Source of the DNA: a bacterium
GTDB taxonomy: Bacteria; SAR324; JACQKK01
Assembly: GCA_965249525.1 (NCBI GenBank)
Contig: OZ252237.1
Coordinates: forward strand, 1,316,080-1,380,079
Reading direction: 5' to 3'
DNA: 64,000 bases
A program made the translations under genes and the position numbers. A model generated the notes under the pieces. That model worked only from the letters and a program-made list of their open reading frames with translations. It was not told where the DNA came from and searched no databases. This document shows positions 38,161 to 47,823 of this stretch, piece after piece (positions within the stretch are counted from its first letter, which is position 1; every line of letters begins with the position of its first letter).

Positions 38161-39090
38161 TTAAGCCTCCAACACCTTTATAGCAGTCTTCAGGGAGCCA
38201 TCATCCGCAACTTGCAATCGCTGGGGGGCTGCATCAATGCGCTTTATCAAACCACTTAACACCTGACCACTGCCTAATTCTATAAAACGATTGGCACCCT
38301 TGCCAATCATAGCACGCACCCCGCTTTGCCAAAGAACAGCAGCTGTTATTTGCTGTTTTAATGACCCCGCAAACATGTGGGCTTCTGTCAAAAAGCGATT
38401 GTCACAGTTGGCCACCACCGCATACAGCGCATCTCTCCAGGCAATAGCTTCCAACAAGGGTGCCAGACCCTCGGCTGCAGGCAGCATCAAGGGCGAGTGA
38501 AAAGGCGCACTGACTGCCAGCTTTTTGCCCTTGGCATGCTGCAAAATGCGCTCTACCGCAGCTGTGTGTCCCGATACCACCACCTGACCCGCACAGTTGT
38601 AATTGGCAGCCACCAATACTTGTGTATCGGAATCTGACTCCTCCAAGACTTTTTGGCACAGGGCATTCACCGCCTGGTCTTCCAGCCCCAAGATGGCAGC
38701 CATGGTCCCTTCACCCAAGGGCACCGCCTCTTGCATCAGCTGTCCTCTGCGATACACCAGCTGCAAAGCGTCGGCAAAATCCAGCGCCCCTGCTGCCGCC
38801 AAGGCAGCATATTCTCCCACACTGTGTCCTGCCAGGCAGCTGGGTTTTAAGGACACACGCTCTGCCAGCAGCCGATACGCTATCACCCCCACCGTCACCA
38901 AGGCTGCTTGGGCCTTGTGGGTTAGGGTGAGTTCTTCAAAAGGTCCCTTTTGGCACAGCCGCCGCAAATTAAAACCCAGGGTATCATTGGCTTCTTCAAA
39001 CAACTGGCGCCCCAAGGCGTGATGTTCAGCAAAACTCGCCCCCATACCCACCTGCTGAGAACCTTGACCTGGGAAAATCAGTGCATTCAT
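38161..39090 (-). CDS. fabD: Malonyl CoA-ACP transacylase
   Basis: FPGQGSQ, GHSVGEY and VSAPFHS motifs. Confidence 0.97.
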   Translation of the reverse strand: MNALIFPGQGSQQVGMGASFAEHHALGRQLFEEANDTLGFNLRRLCQKGPFEELTLTHKAQAALVTVGVIAYRLLAERVSLKPSCLAGHSVGEYAALAAAGALDFADALQLVYRRGQLMQEAVPLGEGTMAAILGLEDQAVNALCQKVLEESDSDTQVLVAANYNCAGQVVVSGHTAAVERILQHAKGKKLAVSAPFHSPLMLPAAEGLAPLLEAIAWRDALYAVVANCDNRFLTEAHMFAGSLKQQITAAVLWQSGVRAMIGKGANRFIELGSGQVLSGLIKRIDAAPQRLQVADDGSLKTAIKVLEA

Positions 39091-39128
39091 GATGATTCAA
39101 GCTGTGGCGAGGCTGGCAAGTGCATCAG

Positions 39129-39191
39129 CTGTTTTTACAGCACCTGTTTTTACAGCACCTGTTTTTACAACACCTGTTTTTACAACACCTG
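39129..39191. repeat. 15-bp tandem repeat x4 (CTGTTTTTACAGCAC)
   Basis: Direct reading; between rpmF and fabD. Confidence 0.92.
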
Positions 39192-39222
39192 GGCTGCTTA
39201 CGGCATAAGGGTGCTGGCTGGA

Positions 39223-39414
39223 CTAGCTACTGGTTGGCTGTTCTGCTGCCACCAATGCTTTCTCTTTAAAATAACCGCAAGAGGAACATACCCGATGCGG
39301 CAAAATCAGTGCTTCACACTGCTTGCAGCGCACCAATGAAGGCGCACGCAGAGCATCATGGCTGCGACGCATATTGCGCTTGCGGGGAGATGTACGCGCC
39401 TGAGGAACCGCCAT
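39223..39414 (-). CDS. rpmF: 50S ribosomal protein L32
   Basis: MAVP..RTS...RRSH and C..C...PHRVC..CGY motifs. Confidence 0.95.
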   Translation of the reverse strand: MAVPQARTSPRKRNMRRSHDALRAPSLVRCKQCEALILPHRVCSSCGYFKEKALVAAEQPTSS

Positions 39415-39511
39415 CGTTTATGTACTCCAAAAAATTATCCCCATCACGCCTCTGTGTTTTTCCACAACTTCTACGGTGTATAACCACTTTGTCCAAACGT
39501 CAACCCTATGT

Positions 39512-40393
39512 TTATTTCAACTCTCGCAGGAAATCTGGACGATCTATCCAATGGGGCTGGGAACTCACCTGCAATTCCAAATACACCTTGCAACCAAAAT
39601 GCTGCTGCAATGCCAGCCTGGCCTGCTTGCCCACCTTGGCTATCATCTTACCTTGGCGACCCACCACCATGGCTTTCTGCGAATCCCGCAGCGTGTAAAT
39701 GCGCGCAGCCACCCGCACCAACGATGCTCCCACCTCACAATGCTCCACTGACACCGCCGTTTGATGCGGCAGCTCATCCCTTACAAATCGCAGCAGCTGC
39801 TCACGAATCAACTCCGCCAGCCGAACCCGTTCTGACTGATCAGACACCTGCCCCTCAGGAAACCACGGCGGTCCTTGAGGCAAATGCGCCACCAGCCTCC
39901 GTTCCAACTCCTCCACCCCCTCGCCCCTAAGACCTGACACCAACAACACCTGCTCCACAAATCCCAAGCTCAACAACCGCTCCCTGCATCGCTGCTGCTG
40001 CAACTCACTGGCAGCATCTATCTTATTCACCACCCCCAATACACACCCCGCATGCCCCCCCGCCAACTCCTCCACTGCCTGCTGTTCCTCCCTCAACGGA
40101 CGCAGCGCATCCACCACCAACACCTGTATGTCCGCCTCCCTGGCTGCCAGCCGCAGGGCTGCGCCCATCCCCTGCTCCAAACGACTGCCTGCCTTCACAC
40201 GCATCCCCGGCGTATCTGCAAACACCAACTGATATCCCTCTCCGTGACGCACCCCCAGCAAACGATGACGCGTGGTGTGAGGATGCCGAGAAACTATGGC
40301 TACATGCTCGCCCAGCAGCCGATTCAGCAAGGTGGACTTCCCGACATTGGGACGACCCAGCAAACACACCATCCCCGAGCGAAAATTTTTCAC
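39512..40393 (-). CDS. era: GTPase Era
   Basis: GRPNVGKSTL, TTR, DTPG, NKID motifs and KH domain. Confidence 0.95.
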   Translation of the reverse strand: MKNFRSGMVCLLGRPNVGKSTLLNRLLGEHVAIVSRHPHTTRHRLLGVRHGEGYQLVFADTPGMRVKAGSRLEQGMGAALRLAAREADIQVLVVDALRPLREEQQAVEELAGGHAGCVLGVVNKIDAASELQQQRCRERLLSLGFVEQVLLVSGLRGEGVEELERRLVAHLPQGPPWFPEGQVSDQSERVRLAELIREQLLRFVRDELPHQTAVSVEHCEVGASLVRVAARIYTLRDSQKAMVVGRQGKMIAKVGKQARLALQQHFGCKVYLELQVSSQPHWIDRPDFLRELK

Positions 40394-40435
40394 CTTAAAC
40401 CCGACTCCTTCTCCTGGTCATTTTCTCCTGGTCTC

Positions 40436-40730
40436 CTTCCCCTGGGCACCTTCCCCTGGGCACCTTCCCCTGGGCACCTGGTTAACTTGTCACCACAGCT
40501 GCTGCCTGGTCTGCTGACTGGTCTGCTGCCTGGTCTGCTGCCTGGTTGCATCTTGCATTTCCCCTAAGATTTTATACGGTTTTTTTATACAATGCTTTTT
40601 TATACAATGCTTTTTTATGCAGTGCTTTTTTATGCAGTGCTTTTTTGTACAGTGCTTTATAAAGCAAAGGGCAAAGTTTTTGCTTGTCACCCTATAACGA
40701 AGCCATGCACGCAGCCATGCACGCAGCCAT
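40436..40730. repeat. Cluster of four different short tandem repeats (14-bp TTCCCCTGGGCACC x3; 12-bp TGCTGCCTGGTC x4; 15-bp TTTTTTATACAATGC-like x5; 12-bp AGCCATGCACGC x2+)
   Basis: Direct reading of the era/hisB divergent gap. Confidence 0.88.
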
Positions 40731-40760
40731 ATCATCGCAACCATACCACCTACAACCGCC

Positions 40761-41348
40761 ATGCCTCGCCAAGCCAGCATAGAACGTCTCACCACAGAAA
40801 CCAAGGTGCAGGCAGCCATCAATCTGGACGGGACAGGCCGTTGTGAAGCCCACAGCGGGATTGGTTTCCTAGACCACATGCTGAACCAGCTGGCTTTCCA
40901 CAGCCTGCTGGATATCAAACTCCACTGCCAAGGCGACCTGGCCGTTGACGCCCACCACTCCATTGAAGATATCGCCCTTACCCTGGGCGACGGGCTGCAT
41001 CAAGCCCTGGGGGAACGCAAAGGCATCTGCCGTTTCGGCTGGGCTTACGCCCCCATGGATGAAGCACTGGCACGCGCCGTGCTGGATTTCTCCGCCCGCC
41101 CCGAGTGCCACTTCCACGCCAGCTTTCAAAACCCCATGCTGGGAGAAATGCCCACCGAGATGGTGGCGCACTTCTTTAAATCGCTGGCACTCAGTGCCAA
41201 AATCACCCTGCATCTAGATCTCCTCAAAGGTCAAAATGACCACCACTGTTGTGAAGCAATCTTTAAGGCTTTTGCGCTGGCACTCTCCCAGGCTGTACGC
41301 CTTGAACCCCGCCGTCAGCACATTGCTTCCACCAAAGGAAAACTATAA
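40761..41348 (+). CDS. hisB: Imidazoleglycerol-phosphate dehydratase
   Basis: GFLDHML, DAHHSIED, PMDEAL, NDHHCCEAIFKA and STKG motifs. Confidence 0.96.
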   Translation: MPRQASIERLTTETKVQAAINLDGTGRCEAHSGIGFLDHMLNQLAFHSLLDIKLHCQGDLAVDAHHSIEDIALTLGDGLHQALGERKGICRFGWAYAPMDEALARAVLDFSARPECHFHASFQNPMLGEMPTEMVAHFFKSLALSAKITLHLDLLKGQNDHHCCEAIFKAFALALSQAVRLEPRRQHIASTKGKL

Positions 41349-41396
41349 GATAGCCACAAAACCTCCCCTCCCTGCTTTTAGAAATGGCACACCCCG

Positions 41397-41999
41397 ATGA
41401 TAGCCATCGTGAACTATGGAGTAGGCAACCTGGGCAACCTGAAAAACGCCCTAGATTGCTTAGGACAGCCCTGCCAGCTGGTGACAGAACCCCAAGCACT
41501 CTCCCAAGCAGACCGCATCATTCTGCCGGGGGTGGGTGCCTTTGCTGCTGCTATGGACCGTCTCAGTGCCAGTGGTATGCACCAGGCCATCAAAGAACAA
41601 CTGGCACAGGGCAAACCGCTGTTGGGGGTGTGTGTGGGCATGCAGCTGCTGTTTGAATCATCCCAAGAAGGTACACCCGCCCCCCAAGGCCTGGGATTGA
41701 TACCTGGGCATGTCGTCCGTTTTCAAACCGATTTGAAAATTCCCCAAATCGGTTGGAATCAAGTACACTGGCAGCAAGCCAATCCCCTCACCCGAGATAT
41801 TCCTCAAGGCAGCTACTTTTATTTTGTGCATTCTTATTATCCCCAGCCTGTAAAAGCGCAGTGTAACTTAGGGCTTAGCGACTACGGTGGGGAATTTTGT
41901 TCTGTGGTGCATCATGACCGCATCTGGGGGGCGCAGTTTCATCCAGAAAAAAGCCAAAAGTGGGGCCTGCAGCTGCTGGCTAATTTTGCCCGCATATAG
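41397..41999 (+). CDS. hisH: Imidazole glycerol phosphate synthase glutaminase subunit
   Basis: PGVGAF, GVCVGMQ, YFVHSY and QFHPEKS motifs. Confidence 0.96.
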   Translation: MIAIVNYGVGNLGNLKNALDCLGQPCQLVTEPQALSQADRIILPGVGAFAAAMDRLSASGMHQAIKEQLAQGKPLLGVCVGMQLLFESSQEGTPAPQGLGLIPGHVVRFQTDLKIPQIGWNQVHWQQANPLTRDIPQGSYFYFVHSYYPQPVKAQCNLGLSDYGGEFCSVVHHDRIWGAQFHPEKSQKWGLQLLANFARI

Positions 42000-42023
42000 C
42001 CCGCTTTTTTCCCCTCATCCCCC

Positions 42024-43529
42024 ATGTCCAAATCTACCGCCAAATCCACCGCCAAATCTACCGCCAGATCCACCGCCAAGAAGCCTTCAGCAGCCCCCCA
42101 GATCTTGGCTGTGCTGCCCTCTGTGCGAGAAGCCGAGGACTATTTGCGCTCCTGCGGTTGGCTAGAAGCTGAAGCCAGCAGGCATCCACCAGGCTGGAAC
42201 AAGCAGGTGCGCAGCCAGTTGCAGCAGGCCTTGGAACACCTGCGAACCGCCTTGCTGCAGCAAGCCCCAGGGGCGCCCGCTTCACGTCAGCAGGCCTTGG
42301 AACAGCTGGAGACATTGATACGACCGCCCCCAGTAGGCTTGCGTGCGGTGGTGAATGCCAGCGGGGTTATCTTGCATTCCAATTTGGGTCGCTCGCCCTT
42401 GGGCAGGGAGCTGTTTGAACGGACAGCAGAACGCCTGTGGGACTGTGTCAATTTGGAATATGACTTGTCACAGGGGAAACGAGGGCGTCGTGCTGAGGGG
42501 GTGGAGCATATACTGCGACAATTGTCTGGTGCGGAAGATGGGTTGGTGGTCAACAACAATGCAGCTGCCATGCTGCTGATGCTGGCTGCCTTGGCTTCCG
42601 CAGCCGAGGTGGTGGTATCGCGCGGGGAACTGGTGGAAATTGGCGGGGGATTTCGGGTGCCAGAGATTATGCAGCAGTCTGGAGTAAAGTTGGTAGAGGT
42701 GGGCAGCACCAATTGCACCCGACTGTCAGATTACGCCCAGGCTATTACTCCAAACACCTGTGCCTTGCTGAAGGTGCATCGTTCCAACTTCACCATGCAG
42801 GGATTTGTGGAAGAAGCCCCCTTGGAGGCATTGGCGCAGCTGGCGCATCAACGGAGTATTGCCCTGTGGTGTGATCAAGGCAGTGCCAGTTTTTATCGTT
42901 TTTACCAGCCTGGGCTGCAAGCCCTGCCAACCCCAGCAGAACTGCTGCAGGCAGGCGTGGGACTGTTGGCATTCAGTGCAGACAAACTGCTGGGGTCGGT
43001 GCAAGCCGGTATTGTACTGGGGGATGCCAAAAGCATCCAGCGCATGCGCACACATCCCCTGTTTCGCAGCCTGCGCTGCGACCAAGTACGCCTGGCACTC
43101 TTGGAACAAACCCTGCTGGACTGCCTCCATCCCCAAACCTTCCCGCAGCACAATCTCACCACCGCACTGCTGGAACGCTCCCCAGACGACCTGAAACCCT
43201 TAGCCGAAAAGCTGCTGGCTTTGCTGCATCCACTAAGCACAAAAGGCTTAAAAACCCAGCTGCTCCCCAGCGAAAGCCTCATCGGTGCTGGCGCCGCCCC
43301 CGAAATACACCTGCCCAGTTTCTCCGTAGCCCTAACCATCCCCCACATCTCAGCCTCCACCCTGCTCCAACGACTGCGCACCTGCCCCACTCCCATCCTG
43401 GCACGCATACACCAAGACCAAGTATGTCTAGATCTGCGCACCCTGTTTCCCCATCAGCTGGACACCATCGCCCAAGCCCTCGCCCAGATCCTTGATGCAG
43501 CGCCCAAGCCCCCCCATTCCTCCCCATAA
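42024..43529 (+). CDS. selA: L-seryl-tRNA(Sec) selenium transferase
   Basis: VNASGVILHSNLGRSP, VNNNAAA, SRGELVEIGGGFR and FSADKLLG motifs; N-terminal (KSTA)n repeat. Confidence 0.95.
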   Translation: MSKSTAKSTAKSTARSTAKKPSAAPQILAVLPSVREAEDYLRSCGWLEAEASRHPPGWNKQVRSQLQQALEHLRTALLQQAPGAPASRQQALEQLETLIRPPPVGLRAVVNASGVILHSNLGRSPLGRELFERTAERLWDCVNLEYDLSQGKRGRRAEGVEHILRQLSGAEDGLVVNNNAAAMLLMLAALASAAEVVVSRGELVEIGGGFRVPEIMQQSGVKLVEVGSTNCTRLSDYAQAITPNTCALLKVHRSNFTMQGFVEEAPLEALAQLAHQRSIALWCDQGSASFYRFYQPGLQALPTPAELLQAGVGLLAFSADKLLGSVQAGIVLGDAKSIQRMRTHPLFRSLRCDQVRLALLEQTLLDCLHPQTFPQHNLTTALLERSPDDLKPLAEKLLALLHPLSTKGLKTQLLPSESLIGAGAAPEIHLPSFSVALTIPHISASTLLQRLRTCPTPILARIHQDQVCLDLRTLFPHQLDTIAQALAQILDAAPKPPHSSP

Positions 43530-43574
43530 ACCCCACGTCAACCCTCCATGATTGCTTGCCTGTGTCCCGTACCT

Positions 43575-44537
43575 TCAAGACAACTCTTCCAATAACTTTA
43601 AATAACCCTCCCAACGCCAGACCTCCAATTCATGGCGTTCCACTGCTTCCCGCACCGCACAGCGAGGCTCTTCACGATGCAAACAATTGTGAAATCCACA
43701 CCTCCCCTCCCAAGCCGATATCCCCGGATAACACCCTCCCAAGCTCCCAGGGCTGATCCCTTGAGGACCAAACTCTCGCAAACCAGGCGAATCAATCAAC
43801 CACCCACCCTTGGGCAGCCGCAGCAACTGTGACGCACTGGTGGTATGACGACCTCTCTCACTCCTCCCCCCCACACCTGAGGACACCTCCCCCACCCGAC
43901 GCATGCCTCCACACAAGGTATTCACCAAGCTGGTCTTGCCCACCCCAGAATGTCCCACCAACAAGCTCATCCCCTCTGCCAGTAACCTTTCCAACTCCCC
44001 CAGGGTCTCCCTCTGGGTAGTCACCACCCCCAATACCTTTAAACCTAATTTCCTATAAGGCTCGCTCAATGCTTCCAACACCCCCCCAGTCACCAAATCC
44101 AACTTGGTAACACACAATACCGCATCCAAACCAGCATGTTCGGCTGCCACCAATAATCTGTCTACCAACCCCCTGCGAAATGACGGTGACACGGCTGCTG
44201 CCGTTATCAGTACACGGCTTATATTTGCTGCCAATAACTGTGCCCCACCTCTTCCCCCACGTTTACGATCCGCCCCCCGACGATACAACCTACTCGTCCT
44301 CGGCAACTGTTCTCGCACCAAACCTTTCTTCCCCTCCCAGCGTTCAAAACGTACCCTGTCTCCCACCACTAAAGGCATCCCCCTTCGCAACTCCCCCCCC
44401 AAGCGACAGGTGTACTCGGCATCCTTCCATAATACCTTGCACAATTCACCATAACTGGCTGCCACCCATCCTTCTTCCCATTCCCCTTTCTCAACACCCC
44501 CTAACTTTTGCCCCTTCTTGTTACTTGTATTCGCCAT
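43575..44537 (-). CDS. rsgA: Ribosome small subunit-dependent GTPase A
   Basis: VVGDRV, TKLD, GHSGVGKTSL, GRHTT, IDSPG and C.F.NC.H..EP.C motifs. Confidence 0.95.
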   Translation of the reverse strand: MANTSNKKGQKLGGVEKGEWEEGWVAASYGELCKVLWKDAEYTCRLGGELRRGMPLVVGDRVRFERWEGKKGLVREQLPRTSRLYRRGADRKRGGRGGAQLLAANISRVLITAAAVSPSFRRGLVDRLLVAAEHAGLDAVLCVTKLDLVTGGVLEALSEPYRKLGLKVLGVVTTQRETLGELERLLAEGMSLLVGHSGVGKTSLVNTLCGGMRRVGEVSSGVGGRSERGRHTTSASQLLRLPKGGWLIDSPGLREFGPQGISPGSLGGCYPGISAWEGRCGFHNCLHREEPRCAVREAVERHELEVWRWEGYLKLLEELS

Positions 44538-44599
44538 GCTACACAGCCCACCTGTTATTTTTCTTCCCCTCTCCCTTCATCATCACCTCCCAGGTTTTC

Positions 44600-45000
44600 T
44601 AACACAAAACCTGTGTATATTACTAGATAAAAGATAACAAATAAAATCCAAATTATTAGAAAAGTTTTTTATTAAATGCTCGCATAAAAATAAGAAAAAT
44701 CCTATGCATACTTATCCAAGAAATCCATACTGTTGACTTTGACTGCATCCATATCTGGTGTGTATTTTTTCACTATTACAAGCATAGGTTCTTTGGTTTT
44801 TCTTTTTATATCAACCATTTAGAAAACATCCCTCTCTGGGCAAGCCTCCGTGGCTGGCCCTGCTGCCAAGCTGCAAAAAGGTGACCTGGGTAAAGAAACA
44901 AAAATCCTTATGAGAACAAACAACAAGGGAATTATGCAAAAAGTTTTTACAAATTCTTCTTGAAAATCTAAAATGTTTTATGACAAACTACATTCTAGTT
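44600..45000. other. AT-rich non-coding tract
   Basis: Long A/T runs, no ORF; lies between divergent rsgA and the 45453 ORF. Confidence 0.7.
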
Positions 45001-45052
45001 GGACAAACGGGTGTCTCTAGCATCTGTTGTTTTTATAAGTGCTGTGCCTGGT

Positions 45053-45224
45053 GCATGCAATGCCGAGCATGAGAAGCCGAGCATGAAATGTCGTGCATGA
45101 GATGCCGAGCATGAAATGTCGTGCATGAGAAGCCGAGCATGAAATGTCGTGCATGAGATGCCGAGCATGAAATGTCGTGCATGAAATGTCGTGCATGAGA
45201 TGCCGAGCATGAAATGTCGTGCAT
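45053..45224. repeat. 14-bp tandem array x12 mostly alternating GCATGAAATGTCGT and GCATGAGAWGCCGA
   Basis: Direct reading. Confidence 0.97.
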
Positions 45225-45452
45225 TCAATACTGTGCCGTAGTGCAGTTGCCGATACGCTCCTTTGTCCATCTGCTGTATCCTTCTAGCGCAATAAACAGC
45301 AACGCCAGCCAAGGAATACTGCAAAGAAAATCCTATCTCCATTGCGGGTATGGTTGCCCGTAGGCGGAAGTTTGCCAACTTTCGGGTGGGGGTTTTTGCC
45401 AAAAATACGCAGCTAGTGTGCTGTTTTACTAAGAAGCCGAGGACTGGTCTCT

Positions 45453-47132
45453 ATGTTTGTATGTGAAGGTGTCGCCAAAACACAGATCGGTTTGAAGCGT
45501 ATCCGTTTTAAGCATCGTTTATGGGATGCCCTGGCCTGCTGGCGTGAGTTGTATGAAGAAAACCAAGGAGATACCGCCGCTATGGAAGTGGTATTAAACA
45601 CCCAGCTAGAGATGCATGTGGCGCGTGAAGCCATGGAGAAATCACTGTTGAGCGAGCAGATGAGTCGTATGTTGCGGGTGCGCGATATTCACCGTTTTGT
45701 GGCCTTGCCGACTTGCTTGGCTGAGGTAAAAACCCAAATATTGGAACACATCCTGTTGGAGCATTCTTTGCTCACACGCTGGGCAGCAGTGCGTGAGGCC
45801 TTGCTGCAACATGCCAACACCTTGTGCAATTTACAACCCATGCCGCCCCCAGCCCGCATAGAAGCCTTGAAACGCCAATTTTCAGACCCTACTTCTGCAC
45901 TAGGACAACTTCTGGTAGCCACAGCCCTGTTTAATTTTGACCAAGACGAAGAACGCCCGCCGCTCAACTGGATGGTGCACTTTAAGAGCCGAGCATTTCC
46001 TGAACATTGTTGGCGCAGCAGCTTGGGGGAGAACAACAGCTGGCGTCCTGCCAATCCTTTATGCCGTTGGGAATACCTGGCCACTGATTTGGTGCATTCC
46101 CTGGTACGCCAAGGCTCTCAGTGGTCACAGCGCAGGCAAAAGCTCTCCACCACCAAAAAAGATACCCTATCCAACTCCTTCCCATCCGCCACCCCCCAAG
46201 AACAAAGCGCACTGCGCAAAATCTACTGCCTTTTTCAACCGCTGACCAAGGAGGGTCAGCGGCCTCCTCACCAAGCAGCCAGCAATAACCCCCAGCAGCC
46301 CACCCCTGCCGCCAGCCCCCCATCACCCCCGCAGCAAATAGAACTCCTGCCACTCACAGCCCAAACCTTCCTGCCTCAATTGCATCGCTTTGCACATCGT
46401 CGCTTAGGTCCGCAAACACCCCGTCTGTTTGCCGTATTGATGGAACAACTGGCATGTGCCGTCCCCGCAGAACCCCTCACCCTGTCTTTGACAGATCTCA
46501 GCCTCCGCAGCGCAGCCCAAAGTGACAGCCCCCAGCGACGCACCTCCCGCAGACGCAGCCTGGGACGCATGCTTCAATGGCTACAACAAGAAGTCTGCAT
46601 GCACCATGTGTTGGAATCTCCCAGCAGCGGAGAACAAACCTTTAGCAGAAGCGGACTCCTGCATGTCTTGCGTTGGGAAGCCCCCCACGACTCTCCCCAA
46701 CAAGATACCTACCAAGTCAAAATTTTGCTAGACAGCGGATTCTTCCACCCCCAAGGTGATTGCCTGGCATCCCATTGGCAGCATCTACCCCCTGCCCTAT
46801 TTGTCCCAGATCCCCAAGAACACCCCTATGCCCCAGCACTATTTGTCTTCATCCGAAGATACTGGAACACCTACCAACACCACAGCTGGGAACTCAGCGT
46901 AGAAAGCCTGCTGCAATCTTGCGGAATTTGGCACAGCCCCTCAGGACGCTACCAGGCACTAGCAACACTGAAAAGAGACCTGGACTTCTTACAACAACAA
47001 GGCTGGCTGCAACAATGGAACATCACCCAAGACCACAGACGTGACTGCCTGCGACAAAACTGCAGCCTAAAAGCGCCCAAACCCCCCTCTCAACTGTCCA
47101 CCAAAACCAAACTTGCTACCACCAGCAGCTAA
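45453..47132 (+). CDS. Hypothetical protein; C-terminal half resembles tandem winged-helix Rep/TrfA-type initiators
   Basis: 559-aa ORF; RLFAVLMEQL...LTLSLTDL...LGRMLQWL and LSVESLLQSCGI...LKRDLDFLQQQGWL patterns judged by eye only. Confidence 0.6.
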   Translation: MFVCEGVAKTQIGLKRIRFKHRLWDALACWRELYEENQGDTAAMEVVLNTQLEMHVAREAMEKSLLSEQMSRMLRVRDIHRFVALPTCLAEVKTQILEHILLEHSLLTRWAAVREALLQHANTLCNLQPMPPPARIEALKRQFSDPTSALGQLLVATALFNFDQDEERPPLNWMVHFKSRAFPEHCWRSSLGENNSWRPANPLCRWEYLATDLVHSLVRQGSQWSQRRQKLSTTKKDTLSNSFPSATPQEQSALRKIYCLFQPLTKEGQRPPHQAASNNPQQPTPAASPPSPPQQIELLPLTAQTFLPQLHRFAHRRLGPQTPRLFAVLMEQLACAVPAEPLTLSLTDLSLRSAAQSDSPQRRTSRRRSLGRMLQWLQQEVCMHHVLESPSSGEQTFSRSGLLHVLRWEAPHDSPQQDTYQVKILLDSGFFHPQGDCLASHWQHLPPALFVPDPQEHPYAPALFVFIRRYWNTYQHHSWELSVESLLQSCGIWHSPSGRYQALATLKRDLDFLQQQGWLQQWNITQDHRRDCLRQNCSLKAPKPPSQLSTKTKLATTSS

Positions 47133-47176
47133 CCATAAACGGAGAAAAACACATACCCATAGAAAAGACAGGCATT

Positions 47177-47319
47177 CAATAAAGGAGAAAAGGGGTGGCT
47201 CTTGCTTTGTGCGACCAACAAAACCCGGCGCATCATGGATGAATTGCGCTTCTTCCCCAAGGAGGGGTACGGGTTAAAACAAGTCGACAACGGGGGTCAC
47301 CCCCCATCTTCCTTTATTG
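47177..47319 (+). ncRNA. Putative structured non-coding RNA (long rod with A/C-rich bubble and branched tip), family unknown
   Basis: Nested pairings 47177-86/47310-19, 47192-204/47291-303 (4 G-U), 47207-15/47283-90, 47222-27/47270-75, plus two apical hairpins; G-U wobbles give + strand. Confidence 0.6.
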
Positions 47320-47326
47320 GCAGCCA

Positions 47327-47745
47327 TGCCTATGCAATGCCTGTTCAATGCCTGTTCAATGCCTATGCAATGCCTATGCAATTGTATCCCGCAAGGGCAC
47401 TCCTGAGTGGCAAAAAAACCATCGCAGAAAAACCATCGCAGAAAAACCATCGCAGAAAAACCATCGCAAAAAAACCATCGCAAAAAAACCATCGCAGAAA
47501 CCAAATGCAAGCCTGAGACGCAAAAACCCCTGCATTGCAGCGCACATCCCAGGTGTGCAGAAAGCAGGTGTGCAGAAAGCAGGTGTGCAGAAAGCAGTGG
47601 TTGAAATGCAGAGGATGCTTTCTGCCTTGCTGCTTGTGTGAGGGGTATCACTTGACTCAACCCCGCCCCAGCTTTTAGGGTTACCAAGAGTGTTTGGGCT
47701 GGCATCTGCTGGCTGGCATCTGCTGGCTGGCATCTGCTGGCTGGC
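47327..47745. repeat. Cluster of short tandem repeats (11-bp TGCCTATGCAA/TGCCTGTTCAA x5; 14-bp AAAAACCATCGCAG x6; 15-bp CAGGTGTGCAGAAAG x3; 14-bp GGCTGGCATCTGCT x3)
   Basis: Direct reading. Confidence 0.9.
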
Positions 47746-47823
47746 GAATGTTGGCTTCTAAGTACCCTCACCAGCAGCACTCCCGCTTGAATCACCCTTA
47801 AAAATCTCCCCCAGGAAGCGATT

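Noticed and set aside
44995-45402. ORFs across the 14-bp array (and 47202-47795 across the downstream arrays)
   Set aside because: Translations are periodic products of non-triplet tandem repeats.
47192-47306. tRNA, tRNA-Sec, tmRNA or SRP RNA call for the structured element (GGGG...CCCCCCA ends)
   Set aside because: No TTC T-loop, D arm or anticodon arm; no SRP GNRA/AGCAG motif; too short for tmRNA. Kept as an unknown ncRNA candidate.
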